DNA of 64,000 nt. Origin: the human T2T-CHM13v2.0 reference genome, Homo sapiens. Below the pieces are notes generated by a model that made no database searches, was not told where the DNA came from, and saw only the letters and a list, made by a program, of their open reading frames with translations. A program made the position numbers and the translations under genes. Shown in pieces: positions 51,171 to 64,000 of the stretch. The stretch lies in the NCBI RefSeq assembly GCF_009914755.1, contig NC_060935.1. One strand, written 5' to 3'. How positions within the stretch are numbered: the first letter of the stretch is position 1; the number at the start of each line of letters is the position of its first letter.

Positions 51171-52029
51171 AATATTTGAGATAGCAAAATAAGATAGCAC
51201 GGAACTGCTTTCATAGTTACTAAACATTCTGTATACATCAGGTCACCATTATGTCATCCTATAAAATGAATTGTGTGGGAGACTAGGAGAAATTGAAGCC
51301 AAAGAAAAGACCATAGAAAACAGAGGTAAGGATTACTGAAGCTTATTTTCAGTTATTGAGCCCAGGAACGACCTCAACTGAGCAATAAGACATAGATAAG
51401 TCTGCAAGAACTGCTGGGCAAATAATGATATTTTACGATCTTCAATTAAAACAGAGGTAGATAAGTCTAGTAGTTGGTGGAGCCAAGCAACTCCTGTGAA
51501 TATCAGTTTCTCAGCCAGGAGCACCTTCCTTGTCTACACAGTCACAATGGACTTCAGCACCATCCCTTTCTCTTTGTTTTCCATTCTAGTGTCTCACAAA
51601 TAAAATAACAGGGCACATTATCTAAGCACAGTGCATGAACCTAAGTTCTAGGGCATGTTATATGTTGTGGCTTTATTCTTGCCTATGATATGTCAATAAA
51701 AACTCATTTAAGTCTTCATTTAGAAAGCAGTCTCTTTACCTCGATATGGTGATTTTTTCCTATGAGCTTTAGAATTCTAATCTATATAATGTCAGACTTT
51801 GACAAAATAGTTTCTAAAGTGCCCATCATTTCTAACATTCTGATTTTGCATTCATAGATTTTTCTATTCTACACTCATCACTAGTCATGTACTTCTTAGT
51901 TAATATTAAATTTGCTCCAAATTTTCTCTGATAATTTAAAGAAAGATATGTAAAGTTCTATAAGTGTTTTATGTTTTCTAGAAAAAGTACAATTTCTAAT
52001 GAATTGATCTGTCCCTCTTTCAAATTTTT

Positions 52030-52545
52030 CCCCTTTATTTTACTTTATTTTTAAATGACATATAATACTTGTTCATCTTTAGTGGGTACACAGTGATGTT
52101 TTGATGCATATGATGTATAGTGATCAGATAAGGGTAATTAGCATATCCCTTATGTCAAATATTTATCATTTCTTTATTATGGGAACATTCACTATCCTTT
52201 TTCTAGCTATTTGAAACTATATATTATGAACTACAGTAATCCTACAGGACCATAGAACAGTAGAACTTATCCCTCTTACCTTGCTATAATTTGTATCCTT
52301 TAACAAATTTCTGCCTATCCTTCCTTCTCTCTACCCTTCCTAGCCTCTAGGAAGCCTCTAGTATCCTCTTTTCTACTTTTTACTTCTCTGACATAAACAT
52401 TTTTTAGTTTCCACGTACGAGTGAGAACATAGAGTATTTAATATTCTTTTCCTGGCTTATTTTACTTAATGTAAAATGTCTATGATATTTCATTGTGTCC
52501 ATCTATGATACAATGAAATACTATTCAGCCATAAAAAAATAAGAT
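52030..52545 (-). mobile_element. L1MA 3' end fragment with a short inverted 5' piece
   Basis: gggtacacagtgatgttttgat..gtgatcagataagggtaattagcatatcc on minus; tacaatgaaatactattcagccataaaaa in the opposite orientation at about 52505-52540. Confidence 0.65.
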
Positions 52546-52611
52546 CTCTTTTGAACTTTTGATAAAGCGTTTCCTTTATAAGGGGTCTTTTCAACAGATA
52601 TTATTCTAGTA

Positions 52612-52737
52612 AACACTTGAATTGATTGTCTTATTAATATTTACTCCAGTGGTTATTCAAGGTGTGTTCAACACTTGAATTTATTGTCATATTAATGTTT
52701 ACTCCAATAGTTATTCAAGTGGGTTCAATATTTGAAT
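52612..52737. repeat. 58-bp tandem duplication, about 2.2 diverged copies
   Basis: aacacttgaatt.attgtc.tattaat.tttactcca.t.gttattcaag starts at 52612 and 52670. Confidence 0.8.
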
Positions 52738-53925
52738 GAATGGTGAGAATGATATTTGTAAAGTGAAACAGTTGTTGTGAATAATTTCAATTAAAGTGTA
52801 ATACTTTCTCATCACCCGTCTAGATAAGAAATGTATACAAACTCATTTTAATAGGCTGAGAATCTAAACTAACATTTGAAGCTACTTTTATTGTCACTTG
52901 ACTCCTACTGATAAAAATCCAAAATTGAGACAAGAAGAGAAAGTACAAGTGCAGAAGTCAGAATTTTTATTCCTACCTGATGCCAAGAAAGGTACTCCCA
53001 CAGACACTAGTGCTCCAAAAAATGAGTTAACAAGAATAAGTTATACCCATCTTGTAATTTGGAGCTCTTATCACTAAAGTATTTTTTAATACACTCTGAA
53101 GAAACAATTGCAATGTTACTAAAAAACACAACTCCAGGGAAAATGTAGTAATTGGTACAGACTCATGTGCTCAATAGAAACTTGGGACTTAAGCAACTTG
53201 ATTGCAACAATTTGTAATCACTACGAGATGATTGCTTTGGGGATCAGGAGTTTATTCACATGGGGTTTTGCATTATGGTTCATTATTCCAATCAGATGAA
53301 TGGAATGATTAATAAAGGTAAAAAAATAATGACATAATTCATAAGCGTTGATGTTTCTGTGATTCTCTTTCAGCCTGAATTGTGTGTTGGACACTACCTT
53401 TCACAAAATGGTTAGAATAAAGAAGTTAAATTGTAAAATCTACTGGGTAAAATAATTTGGACCTCAAAATTGTTGTAGTTGAGTTAGTTCATGGTATTTA
53501 ATCCAGGTGTTGGGAAGTAATATTTTATGGAAAACCTGGTGAATGTGTAACTTAGCAAAATGTTATTTATTTGCCAACCTATGAAAACAAACAGAATAAA
53601 GATCAAAATATTTTGCCTACCTTTTTTTTCCCTTTTACCAAGTATCCAATCCTCACTTAGCTAGGACATATGAATGTAAGATGTACCCTGTACATGTGAT
53701 CAAATAGTACATGTATTTGCCCTAATTATGAAGGCAAAAGAGATACATGAATGCTTCATTGGAAGCACATTTTTCCAATGATATACCGAAATAAAAACTT
53801 TTACTATAGTCTACACCTAAATCAGCATTATCTGTCACTGTCTCCCTCATTCCCTGGTATAGCCATACTGGTCTTGGGTCAAGCCCTTTTCAAACTCAGA
53901 ACCTTCACAGAGCCGTTTTTTAACC

Positions 53926-56760
53926 TTTTTTTTTTTTTTTTTTTTAGGTTCAGGGGTATATGTGAAGGTTTTTGATACAGTTAAACTCACGTCATGGGGG
54001 TTTGTTGTACAGATTATTTCATCACCCACATACTAAGCCTAGTACCAAACAGTTATTTTTTCTGATCCTTTCCCTACTCCCATCTTCCATCTTCAAGTAG
54101 GCCCCAGTGTCTGTTGTTCTCCCCTTTGTGTCCATGTGTTTTCATTATTTAGCTCCCATTTACGTCTTCTTTTGAAAAGTATCTATTCATGTCCTTTTCT
54201 CACTTTTTAATGGGATCATTTTTTTCTTGTAAATTCGTTTAAGTTCCTTATAGATGCTGGATATTACCTTTGTCAGATGGATAGTTTGCAAATATTTTAT
54301 TCCATTCTGTAGGTTGTCTGTTTACTCTGTTGAAAGTTTCTTTCACAGAAGCTTTTAAGTTTATTTATATCCAAAAATTTGTCAATTTTTGCTTTTATTG
54401 CAATTGTTTTTGGTGTCTTCATTATGAAATCTCTGCCAGTTCCTATGTCCAGAATGGTGTTGCCTATGTTGTCTTTCAGGGTTTTGACAGTTCAGGGTTT
54501 TATATTTAAGTCTTTAATTCATCTTTAGTTGATTTTTGTGTATGGTGTAAGAAACAGGTCCGGTTTCAATCTTCTGTATATGGCTAGCCAGTCAGCCTAG
54601 CACCATTTATTGAATAGGGTGTCCTTTCCCCCTGTTCTTTTGTCAGCTTTGTCAAAAATCAGATGGTTGTAGGTGTGTGGTCTTATTTATGGCCTTTCAA
54701 TTCTGTTTCATTGTTTTGTCTGTTTTTGCACCAGTACCATGCTGTTTTGCTTCCTGTAGCCTTATAGTATAGTTTGAAGTCAGGTAACGTGATGCTCCAG
54801 GTTTGTTCTTTTTGCTTAGGATTGCTTTGGCTATTTGGGTTCAAGGTTCCCTATAAATTTTTAAATAGCTTTTTTTCTGATTCTATGAAGAATGTCATTG
54901 GTAGTTTGACAGGAATAGCATTGAATCTGTAAATTGCTTTGGGTAGTATGGCCATTGTAATAATATTAATTTTCCTTATCTATGAGCATGTAATGTGTAT
55001 TAGGGTTCTCTAGAGGGACAGAACTAATAGGATATACATATATATATATGTATATATATATGTGTGTGTGTGTGTATATATATATATGGGAGTTTGTTAA
55101 GTATTATTAACTCACATGATCACAAGGCAAGGTCCTACAATAGGCCATCTGCAAGCTGAGGGGCAAGGAAGCCAGTCCAAGTCTCAAAGCTGAAGAACAT
55201 GGAGTTCAATGTTTGAGGGCAGGAAGCATCCAGCACGGGAGAAAGATGTAGATTGGGAGGCTAAGCCAGTCTAACCTTTTCATGTTTTTCTGCCTACTTT
55301 ATATTCTGGGCACACTGTCAGCTGATTAGATTGTGCCCATCCAGATTAAGGGTATGTCTGCCTTTCCCACCTCACTGACTCAAATGTTAATCTCCTTAGG
55401 CAACACCCTCACAGACACATCAAGGATCAATACTTTGCATCCTTCAATCCAATCAAGTTGACACTCACTCATTATTAACCATCACAGAATGTTTTCCCTT
55501 TTGTTTGTGTCATCTCTGATTTTTTTGAGCAGATTTTGTAATTCTCATTGTAGTGCTCTTTCATCTTTCTAGTTAGTTGTATTCCTAAGTATTTTATTTT
55601 TCTTCTAACAATTGTGAATTGGATTGCATTCCTGATTTGACTGTTTGCCTGACAGTTATTGGTGTATAGGAAAGCAAGTGATTTTTGTACATTGATTCTG
55701 TACCCTGAGACTTTGCTGAAGTTGTTTATCAGCTGAAGAAGTTTTTGGGTTTTCTAGATATAAAATTATATTGACTGCAAACAGGCATAGCTTGAATTCC
55801 TCTCTTCCTATTTGGATGCCCTTTATTTCTTTCTCTTGCCTAATTGTTATGGCTAACACTTCCAATACCATGTTAAATAGGAGTGGTGAGAGACAGCATC
55901 CTTGCCTTGTGCAGGTTTTTAAGGGGAATGCTTCCAACTTTTCCCCATTCTGTGTGATGTTGGCTGTGGGTTTGTCACAGATGGCTCTTATTATTTTGAG
56001 GTATGTTCCTTCAATACCTAGCTCACTGAGAGTTTTTAACATGAAGGGATGTTGAATTTTAATAAAAGCCTTTTCTGTATCTGTTGAAATAACACATAGT
56101 TTTTGCCTCTAGTTCTGTCTGTGTGATGAATCACATTTAACTTTATGTATGTTGAACCAACCTCACATCCCAGGGATAAAGCCTACTTGATTGTGATAGA
56201 TTAGGCTTTTGATGTTCTCATGGATTAAGTTTGCAACTATTTTGTTGAAGATTTTTGCATTAATATTCATCAAGGATATTGGCCTAAAATTTTCATTTTT
56301 TGTTGTGTTTTTGCCAGGTTTTGATATCAGAATGATGCTGGCCTTAAGGAACGACTGGGGAAGAATCATTCTTCCTAAATTTTTTGCATAGGTTCAATAC
56401 AAATGGTACTATCTCTTCTTTGTACATCTGGTAGAATTTGGCAGAGAATCCATCTGGTACTGGGATTTCTTTTGGTTGGTAGGCTACTTACTACTGATTC
56501 AATGTTGGAGCTCATTATTGGTCTGTTCAGGAAATCAATTTCTTCCTGGCTTAGTCTTGTGAAGGGTATGTGTCCAGGAATTTATCCATCCCTTCTAGAT
56601 TTTGTCGTTTGTGTGCATAGAGGTGCTCATAATAGTCTCTGATGGTTATTTGTATTTCTAGGGGTTCAGTGGTAACATCTCCTTGGTCATTTATAATTTT
56701 GTTTTTTGGGCCATCTCTCTTTTCTTCATATTAGTCTAGCTAGCAGCCTCCTTATATTAT
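53926..56760 (-). mobile_element. Older L1PA (about L1PA13-16), 5'-truncated, with an internal deletion near 54162 and an MLT2A1 insertion
   Basis: T-tract and 3'UTR caggggtatatgtg.aggttt...gggtttgttgtacagattatttcatcaccca. ORF2 peptides [15 protein letters not shown] and [11 protein letters not shown]. Confidence 0.88.
54996..55486 (-). mobile_element. MLT2A1-like solo LTR (HERV-L) nested in the L1
   Basis: tgtattagggttctctagagggacagaactaatagga...caatccaatcaagttgacactca..attaaccatcaca; 5-bp TSD taatg/gaatg. Confidence 0.88.
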
Positions 56761-57926
56761 TTAGTTGTTATGTTAAGTTGTTGAGATCTTTCTATCATTT
56801 CGATGTGGTGCTTAGTTCTAATTACTGCTTTGAATTCTATTTCTCCCAAACTTCTTCTAGTTATTCCCTAATCATCTCTAGGATGCCAGCTTAAATATCA
56901 ACCCTAAGAGAAGACATCTTCTACCTACAGTAAAATCTGTGCACCATCATAATTGTTCTCTCTCCTGTTGCCTTATTCTACTTATTTATGACACTTGTCA
57001 CAATCTTAATTTTAAGTGCAGTTTATTTTGTTTGTTTAAGATATATCTTCCCCTCCAGCCTGTTATCCAAGAGAAGAAGAAACTGTATTTTATATTCACT
57101 GTATACACAACACTCAGTACACTGCCTGGAACATGCTAAGTTATCCATAAATGTTTTTTGAGTAAATATATTGAAAACAAGAATCTTGATTATATCCACA
57201 AGTGTTTAGTTTTGGTTCACGTGATTTTTTAAAATTAATAAATTTTGCAATAATTATAATATTATGAAATTCTCATAAAATCCAAGTAATCTGACTATAC
57301 TTAGTTTGCTTTTTGGAATTGCAATAAATGGATGAAGCAGAACAGCATATTTCTTCATTAAAGAAAAAATACTCCATGATTTACCCAAATTGCCTAAACA
57401 TATTATTACTATCCTTCAGCCACCACCCCAATTCACAATTTTATTTGATTTTTTTGACCACAGAAATGAATATAGTGTGAAATTAAGTAAAATTTCTAAT
57501 TAAAAAGTAGATTATGGACACAATGCAGAAAATGCTTACTTCTACCTACAAAAGTCAGCAAGATATCCCATAGATGAGGATGTTGGAGCCATGGTGCCTT
57601 GATCAGATGAGAAAAAGAGAACAAAGCATCCCGCACATGTGAAATTAGAAATACATGGTTGTTAATTGTAATTACATCTCTCTCAGTATAAGTCTATGTT
57701 GGATGAGTGGGAAAATCTTCCTTATGCCCCTGAAATTACACTGTCATTAAGCCTGAAACTTAAGATAATTTGATACTTAATAAAACAATCCCACTTCTAA
57801 CAACAGATGCATGAACAAATATGTCAAATTTTTAAATGGAATCTTAATAATGCCACAAAAAAAATCAAACTAATGATATACAACCTGATGATACATTAAA
57901 TATGTTCCCCCTAAAATAAGGAGCAA

Positions 57927-58236
<310 letters not shown>

Positions 58237-58895
58237 AAATGAGGAACAAGGCCTTGATATTTGTTTTCACTACCTCTATTTGACATTATAATATCAGTCT
58301 AAGTCTGCAATGATGAAGGAAAAATAAATAAAACTCATAAATATTGGAAAGGAATAAAATCTGTTAATTTGCAGATGAAATGAAGTAAATTTTAGAGAAT
58401 TTATAGAAGAAACAAACAAAAATTCTACTCTAATTAAGACAAATGAGCAGGGTTGCTGGATGCAAGGGTCATAATTAAGCTCAATTATTATGTATCCTAG
58501 TAACAAATGGATATGAAATATACAATGAGACATACGGTTTCTCTTGGCCTTAGAGTTCAGCATTTTGGTTGATTACCGAGATTCAGCTGTACTCTTGTCT
58601 TTAGAAGCTGTGAAATATAACCATATATTTGTCATAAATTGCCGTTGTTGACTTAGATAGCTTGGGGCTCTTTTTTCCTTGTAAAACTAACAACAAACCC
58701 AAACAACAACAGGAACAAAATGCAGAAGCCTTATAAATACAGTTACTTAATGTACAACTTAATATATACACAAAATATTTTATCTTTTTATTTTCTAATG
58801 GCGTAATGGCAGAATTTGCCTTCCAATAAAGATATTTAGAAAATATTTAGTATTTTGAGGCAATAAGTAGAAAGTTTGGAGAGTAGAAGAATCTT

Positions 58896-59185
58896 GACCA
58901 GGCACAGTAATTTATGCCTATAATCCCAGCACTTTGGGAGGCTGAGGCAGGAGAGCCACTTGAGCCCAGGAGTTTAAGACCTTCCTGGGCAATATAGACA
59001 GATATCAGATCTACAAAAAAATTTAAAAATTAGCCGAGTGTGGTAGCACACACCTGTGGTCCCAGCTACTAGGGAGGCTCAGGCGGGAGGGTCACTTGAG
59101 CCTAGGAGTTGGAGGAAGTTATTAATATGATCATGCCACTGTTCTCCAACCTGGGCAACAGAGTGAAACTCTATCTTAAAAAAAT
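58896..59185 (+). mobile_element. AluJ
   Basis: cacttgagcccaggagtttaagacc..cctgggcaatatag. Confidence 0.82.
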
Positions 59186-59924
59186 ATATTTTTTACTTGT
59201 TCCTTAAATAATTCATTTTAGCATAATGTCTAAAGAGGAATTCTTTCTACTTTCTAAAGTTTCTTGAAGATGCCAGAGCAATGTCTTCTCTTCCTGTGGA
59301 AGAAATCCTTACTTCCTTGGACACATATAAACAGGCCAGTGCTAAGGAAAACAAAAAATTAACATTACTTACCTAAACTTAATTACAAATAGAAGGAATA
59401 TTCAAAGCAAGGTGGATACTCTATCGTATGACCTATTGTTTACTCGGTTCTTTCATTTCCCATTTTAATTTTAGTCCTTATTCTCAGATCAGCCTGCTTA
59501 AATTTTTCAAAATCAGGCGAAACAGAAAGTGACCTCCATGCACTGGAGGCTCAGAATGGGAAGGTGGGTTTATGTAACTCAGAGAGCTGGATCCATAAAC
59601 TCAAGTTTAAGAAAAGTACAATCATTCTCTTCCCCTCTTTTTCCATTGCCACTCTTCACTATGTAAGAGCACTTATAAAAACCAGAAGCCATCACCATGG
59701 CCCCTAGTTTCTGGTCTACCACAGCAAGTCAGGAAAGGAGTACAGAAGAATGGATTTCTTGGAGTGCAGAAGAATGGGTTTCTTAAAGACATCTCTGCTG
59801 AAGCAGCAGGCGAGAATAAGAATAGAATACATTCAAGAAATTGGGCTGGGAGCACATTTATTTTGTTTGCCATTGTAAACAAAAAGAGCACAACAGTGTT
59901 CCAGGGCATGCCACGTTTCACCCA

Positions 59925-60090
59925 CAGCAGTGCTCCTCAAAATTCAGTGTGCTTATCAATCATCTAGGAGTTTGGATAAAACACATATTTAAATACAGTG
60001 CACCTGAGGTGCAGACTTTGATTCTGTACGTGTAACAACCTCCAAGGAAGAGCTCATGCTGCTGATTCATGGAATATATGTGGAGGAGCA
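59925..60090. mobile_element. MER5-like DNA transposon relic
   Basis: cagtgctcctcaaaattcagtgtgc.tatcaatcatct.ggag...taacaacctcc..g..ga.ctcatgctgctg.ttcatgga. Confidence 0.5.
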
Positions 60091-60262
60091 AAGCCTAGAA
60101 AAATCTCATTTTTACCCAGCATGAGCTTTTTAGCTGAGACACTCAACATAGACTCACAGAGAATATTAAAACTCACCATCAGAACGCTAGGACATGTGAG
60201 CCAAAGATTTCGATTTAATGTTTATTAGGAAACAAAGGCATCACCATGGTCATGACAATATT

Positions 60263-61180
60263 TCATCTCAGGACATTCTTCAAGGCCTGCTTCACATCTT
60301 TATTCCTCAGACTGTAGATCAATGGATTAAGTACCGGACTCACAAAGGTGTAAAAGACAGCTATTATTTTAGATTCCTCAACAGTCTTATCTGTTGGTGG
60401 TCTTATATACATGCAAAAGAGAGTCCCATAAAACAGGGTGACAGCCATCATATGGGAACCACAGGTGGAGAATGCCTTGTGCCTTCCCTCTGCTGATTTG
60501 ATCCGGAGGATGGCAGCAAGAATGAAGGCATAGGACACCAAGACGATGGTGAGGGAGCTGGAGAGGTTGAAGCCAGCAGATATGAACATGGCATGCTCTT
60601 TGACATAAGTATCAGAACAAGAAAGCTTAATGAGCGGCGGGTCAGCACAGTAGAAGTGGTTGATGACACTGGATCTACAGAAGGTCAGGCGGAAGGTCAG
60701 GATGGCCTGGAAGAGTCCATCTGAGAAGCCATAGACATAGGGAAATGTGGCCAAGCAGATGCAAACTCTCCTGGACGTTTTCACACTGTAGCGCAGAGGG
60801 TCATATATGGCCACATAGCGGTCATAGGCCATTGCTGCCAGCATGTAAAACTCAGTGAGTAGAAGGGCAATGAAAATGTAGCACTGTGTAAAGCAACCAG
60901 CAAAGGAAATGGTCTTCTCAGATACGATATTAGTCGACATCTGCGGGGTTGCATTTGATGTATAGCACAAATCCACAAAGGCTAAGTTAGTGAGGAAGAA
61001 GTACATGGGCGTGTGAAGGCGAGAGTCCAGTCTCATTAACATTATCATGCCCAGGTTGCCTAGCAGGGTGACGAGGTAAACAACCAGAAACAGCACAAAA
61101 AGCAGAGACTGGAGTTCCGGGCAATCTGTGAGCCCAAGTAAAATGAATTCTGTGATTGCACTGCCATTTGTGTTGGACAT
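60263..61180 (-). CDS. OR5M11: Olfactory receptor 5M11 (305 aa, intact ORF)
   Basis: 305-aa [19 protein letters not shown]... with [43 protein letters not shown] polypyrimidine/AG acceptor (ctttatttccatag) lies about 23 nt upstream of the ATG. Matches recalled OR5M11. Confidence 0.93.
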   Translation of the reverse strand: MSNTNGSAITEFILLGLTDCPELQSLLFVLFLVVYLVTLLGNLGMIMLMRLDSRLHTPMYFFLTNLAFVDLCYTSNATPQMSTNIVSEKTISFAGCFTQCYIFIALLLTEFYMLAAMAYDRYVAIYDPLRYSVKTSRRVCICLATFPYVYGFSDGLFQAILTFRLTFCRSSVINHFYCADPPLIKLSCSDTYVKEHAMFISAGFNLSSSLTIVLVSYAFILAAILRIKSAEGRHKAFSTCGSHMMAVTLFYGTLFCMYIRPPTDKTVEESKIIAVFYTFVSPVLNPLIYSLRNKDVKQALKNVLR

Positions 61181-61454
61181 TTCCTGACAGTTTGCTCTTC
61201 AAGCTATGGAAATAAAGCCAATATAAACAAATGCACATACCATGTTAATGTTCATTTGAATTAGTTTTTCTCCACATCTTCATATATCATCGAAAGTTAT
61301 CTATTTCTGGGTACTACCATAAACTGGTTTTGGTAATTATGGTAGACTTACTATAATTTTGTAAGTCTACAATGTCATTATATCATTTGCCTAGGCATTA
61401 CATTACTAATATATTCTTTCTCTACACCTATAGATATATCTATACCTACACCTG

Positions 61455-61470
61455 TATCTATCTATCCATC

Positions 61471-61524
<54 letters not shown>
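61455..61524. repeat. (TCTA)n tetranucleotide microsatellite, about 13 perfect units
   Basis: Direct reading; about 280 bp upstream of the OR5M11 ATG. Confidence 0.95.
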
Positions 61525-63302
61525 ATGACTGAGCTACATCTCTTCTATCTTCCTGTACTTTTTAAAACCTAATTCTATTCATGCTACATGACCCACTTTA
61601 AAGGCCACTTCTTTGTGAAGCATTTCTCATCCATTTCTCCTAATACGTGTCACTGAATTCTCTCTTCTTTATTTCCAGAGTATTCTATATTTCTCTAATT
61701 TATTATTTAGCCCCCATTGTATCATTATAAAGTATATACTTTCTCATCACATAATGGTGTTGAGAGCAGGGACAAAGTGAAGTTCATTTTTTAATTATAC
61801 TTCTCAACACATATTTTTATACTAAATTTTCTTAAAATGCAAAAAGGAGAGCATGTAAGAATGAATGACTTGCAATTTTTACTCACAGATTTATCTCCAT
61901 GTAGCCTTGCGTGATGTCATGTTCTCAGGAGAATTAAGTGATTATTGAAACTTAGTGTAGAAGCAATTCTTGGGAAGCTTGTTTATTAGCCCATATCACA
62001 GGTTTTTGCAGAAATTCTTATGTGGGGTACTGGAATCTTCATCTCTAATGATTATCTGTAGGATTCTAATGCAAGTGTTCCAAGATCATAGCTCAAAATG
62101 CACAGTCAGAATGGCTCAATAAACATATGCCAAATAAATGAACAAAGAACTGTGAAATAAAATAAATTTTCATATAGTATCTTGAGGATGTTTAGAGCAA
62201 TGACTTAATGTGTTTAGAAAGAAAATAAATTAATATTTTCAGAGTTGGTATTTAATCTTTTAATCACAACTTGTATCTAACAAGAGGTATTACAAATCCT
62301 TTTGGCTTTTTACCTCTCTTCACATCAGAATCTTTGCTAATTCACATTTTCCTTTCTTTCGAGAAGTTTTTAATTTTTGCCCATTCTTTCATACTTGAAA
62401 TTTTTATTACAGGCTTCTCAATTCTTGTCTCATCTCAAAATGAGTCACCTCATTTATTTTACTGTAAGTTTTAGAATGCCTATAATCAAAACTCTGTCTT
62501 GCTGTTACTATTGAGAAAAGCAACGTACAAAAAGGTTAAATAATTGAACCGAGGTCACACTACTAGTGCATACAATCTGAGAATCTGAGGTAAGAACTGA
62601 AAATTATGTATTTTAAAAACTTCCTTTATTAGCTGCTGCTGCAATACATATCACCTTTCTAAAGCTAAACTGTTTCATAAAATTGTATGTATAGACCTGG
62701 AAGGCCTTGAGATATATGATGATAAGGAACTTCTGGGGACACAGATAGTCATGGCATTCTTACATAGTGCACCATGATAAACAGGATTGTGCCAGACACA
62801 TTCTCCTTACACTTAGTCATGTTCTACTATGTGACTGACTTGTGCCCTTGAGTACCTGTATGTGATATATCTAAGAAATATCAAGTAGAAGCTATGACAT
62901 ATCTTGATGTTAGGAGCTGGTTAGGAGCCCTGGATTACAGAGTTACTTCAGTAATTTAAAAGCTTTGCAACTGAATGAATCACTGTGTTTTCCCATGTGT
63001 AAATGGAAATAATAATATTTATCTTTCCTCTTCTCATGTCATTTTGGGCATCAAAATAGATATTCATGAAACAAGTATTTACTGATACTCAATATTCTGT
63101 GTGATTGGGCACTATAGATGCAGAAGCGAACAAACCTTTCAAAAATTTCTGCTTTTTTTGGTTTTCCCATTCTAGTGGACAGAGAGAGCTATTATTTCAA
63201 GTAAATAAATAATATTCAAATAACTGTTGTGGAGAAAAATAAAGGAAATACAGTTTTGGGGAAAGGAAAGTCAAGGAAGACCTCATTAAAAAAGTAATGT
63301 TT

Positions 63303-63590
63303 GGCCAGGCAGGATGGCTCATGCCTGTAGTTCGAGCACTTTGGGAGGCTGAGGCGGGTGGGTCACCTGAGGTCAGGAGTTCAAGACCAGCCTGGCCAAC
63401 ACGGAGAAACCCCATCTCTACTAAAAATACAAAAATCAGTCAGGTGTGGTGGCACGTGCCTGTAATCTCAGCTACTTCGGAGGCTGAGGCAGAAGAATTG
63501 CTCAAGCCCAGGATGGAGAGGTTGCAGTGAGCGGAGATCAGCCACTGTACTCCAGCCTGGCGACAGAGTAAGGTTCTACCAAAAAAAAAA
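63303..63590 (+). mobile_element. AluS (Sx/Sz-like)
   Basis: Full dimer; TSD aaaaagtaa(t/a)gttt. Confidence 0.9.
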
Positions 63591-63653
63591 AAAAAGTAAA
63601 GTTTATGGCAACAACTGTAGCAAGAAAACTTCTAAGAAGGATATCATAAGAAG

Positions 63654-64000
63654 TGTAAACCAAAAATAAATAAAGGGACTTCCTCCTCAGCCAGGGCTTG
63701 TAAAATTTAACTTGAAAGACTAGTTCAGGCGGTTAAGGGAAATGGGGGTCGGACATGCCTCATTATTCCTCTCCAGCATTAACATAACACAGACTTTTCT
63801 ATTGATCTCAGGTCTTTAGACAAACCAATTGTCAACCAGAAAATATTTAAATTTACCTACAGCCTGGAAACGCCACGCCACGCTGCCCCAACCTGGACTT
63901 TGAGTTGTCCTGCACCAAACCAAGGTAAATCTTACATGTATTGATTGATAGATTATGTCTCTCTAAAATGTATAAAAGCAAGCTGTACCATGACCACCTT
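63654..64000 (+). mobile_element. MER4-family LTR (ERV1), runs off the window end
   Basis: tgtaaaccaaaaataaa..ggacttcctcctcagccaggg..aaaatttaacttgaaagactagttcaggc..gggggtcggacatgcctcattat. Confidence 0.75.

Noticed and set aside
59737-59784. 24-bp tandem duplication giving RNPFFCTP twice in an ORF (similar small duplication at about 33159-33197)
   Set aside because: Ordinary slippage duplications with no sign of coding or regulatory function.

Overview
Human-type (primate) genomic DNA from the family-5 olfactory receptor cluster (OR5M subfamily; from recalled protein sequences and gene order, probably chr11q12). All OR loci are single-coding-exon and on the minus strand. Two are intact: OR5M8 (8361-9296) and OR5M11 (60263-61180). 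Three are recognisable pseudogenes (18256-19193, 30155-31094, 44504-45460; probably OR5M7P, OR5M6P, OR5M5P). A sixth, heavily decayed OR relic lies at about 40020-40513. The segments about 9.3-18.25 kb and 19.2-30.15 kb are a tandem duplication, and the OR between them appears to be a chimera of its two neighbours. Each copy carries a processed pseudogene of UCHL1 and its own later insertions (SVA, LTR5A, 5'-inverted L1, AluY), with the empty site visible in the other copy. The rest is AT-rich DNA with Alu, L1, ERV1, ERVL, MaLR and DNA-transposon relics and microsatellites. I see no evidence of a wholly new biological system. The most interesting signals are evolutionary or mechanistic: the chimeric OR, mosaic gene conversion, near-intact OR pseudogenes, the decayed OR relic, the duplicated UCHL1 retrocopy and unusual retrotransposition products. 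Repeat subfamily calls are from remembered consensus sequences, not a database search.
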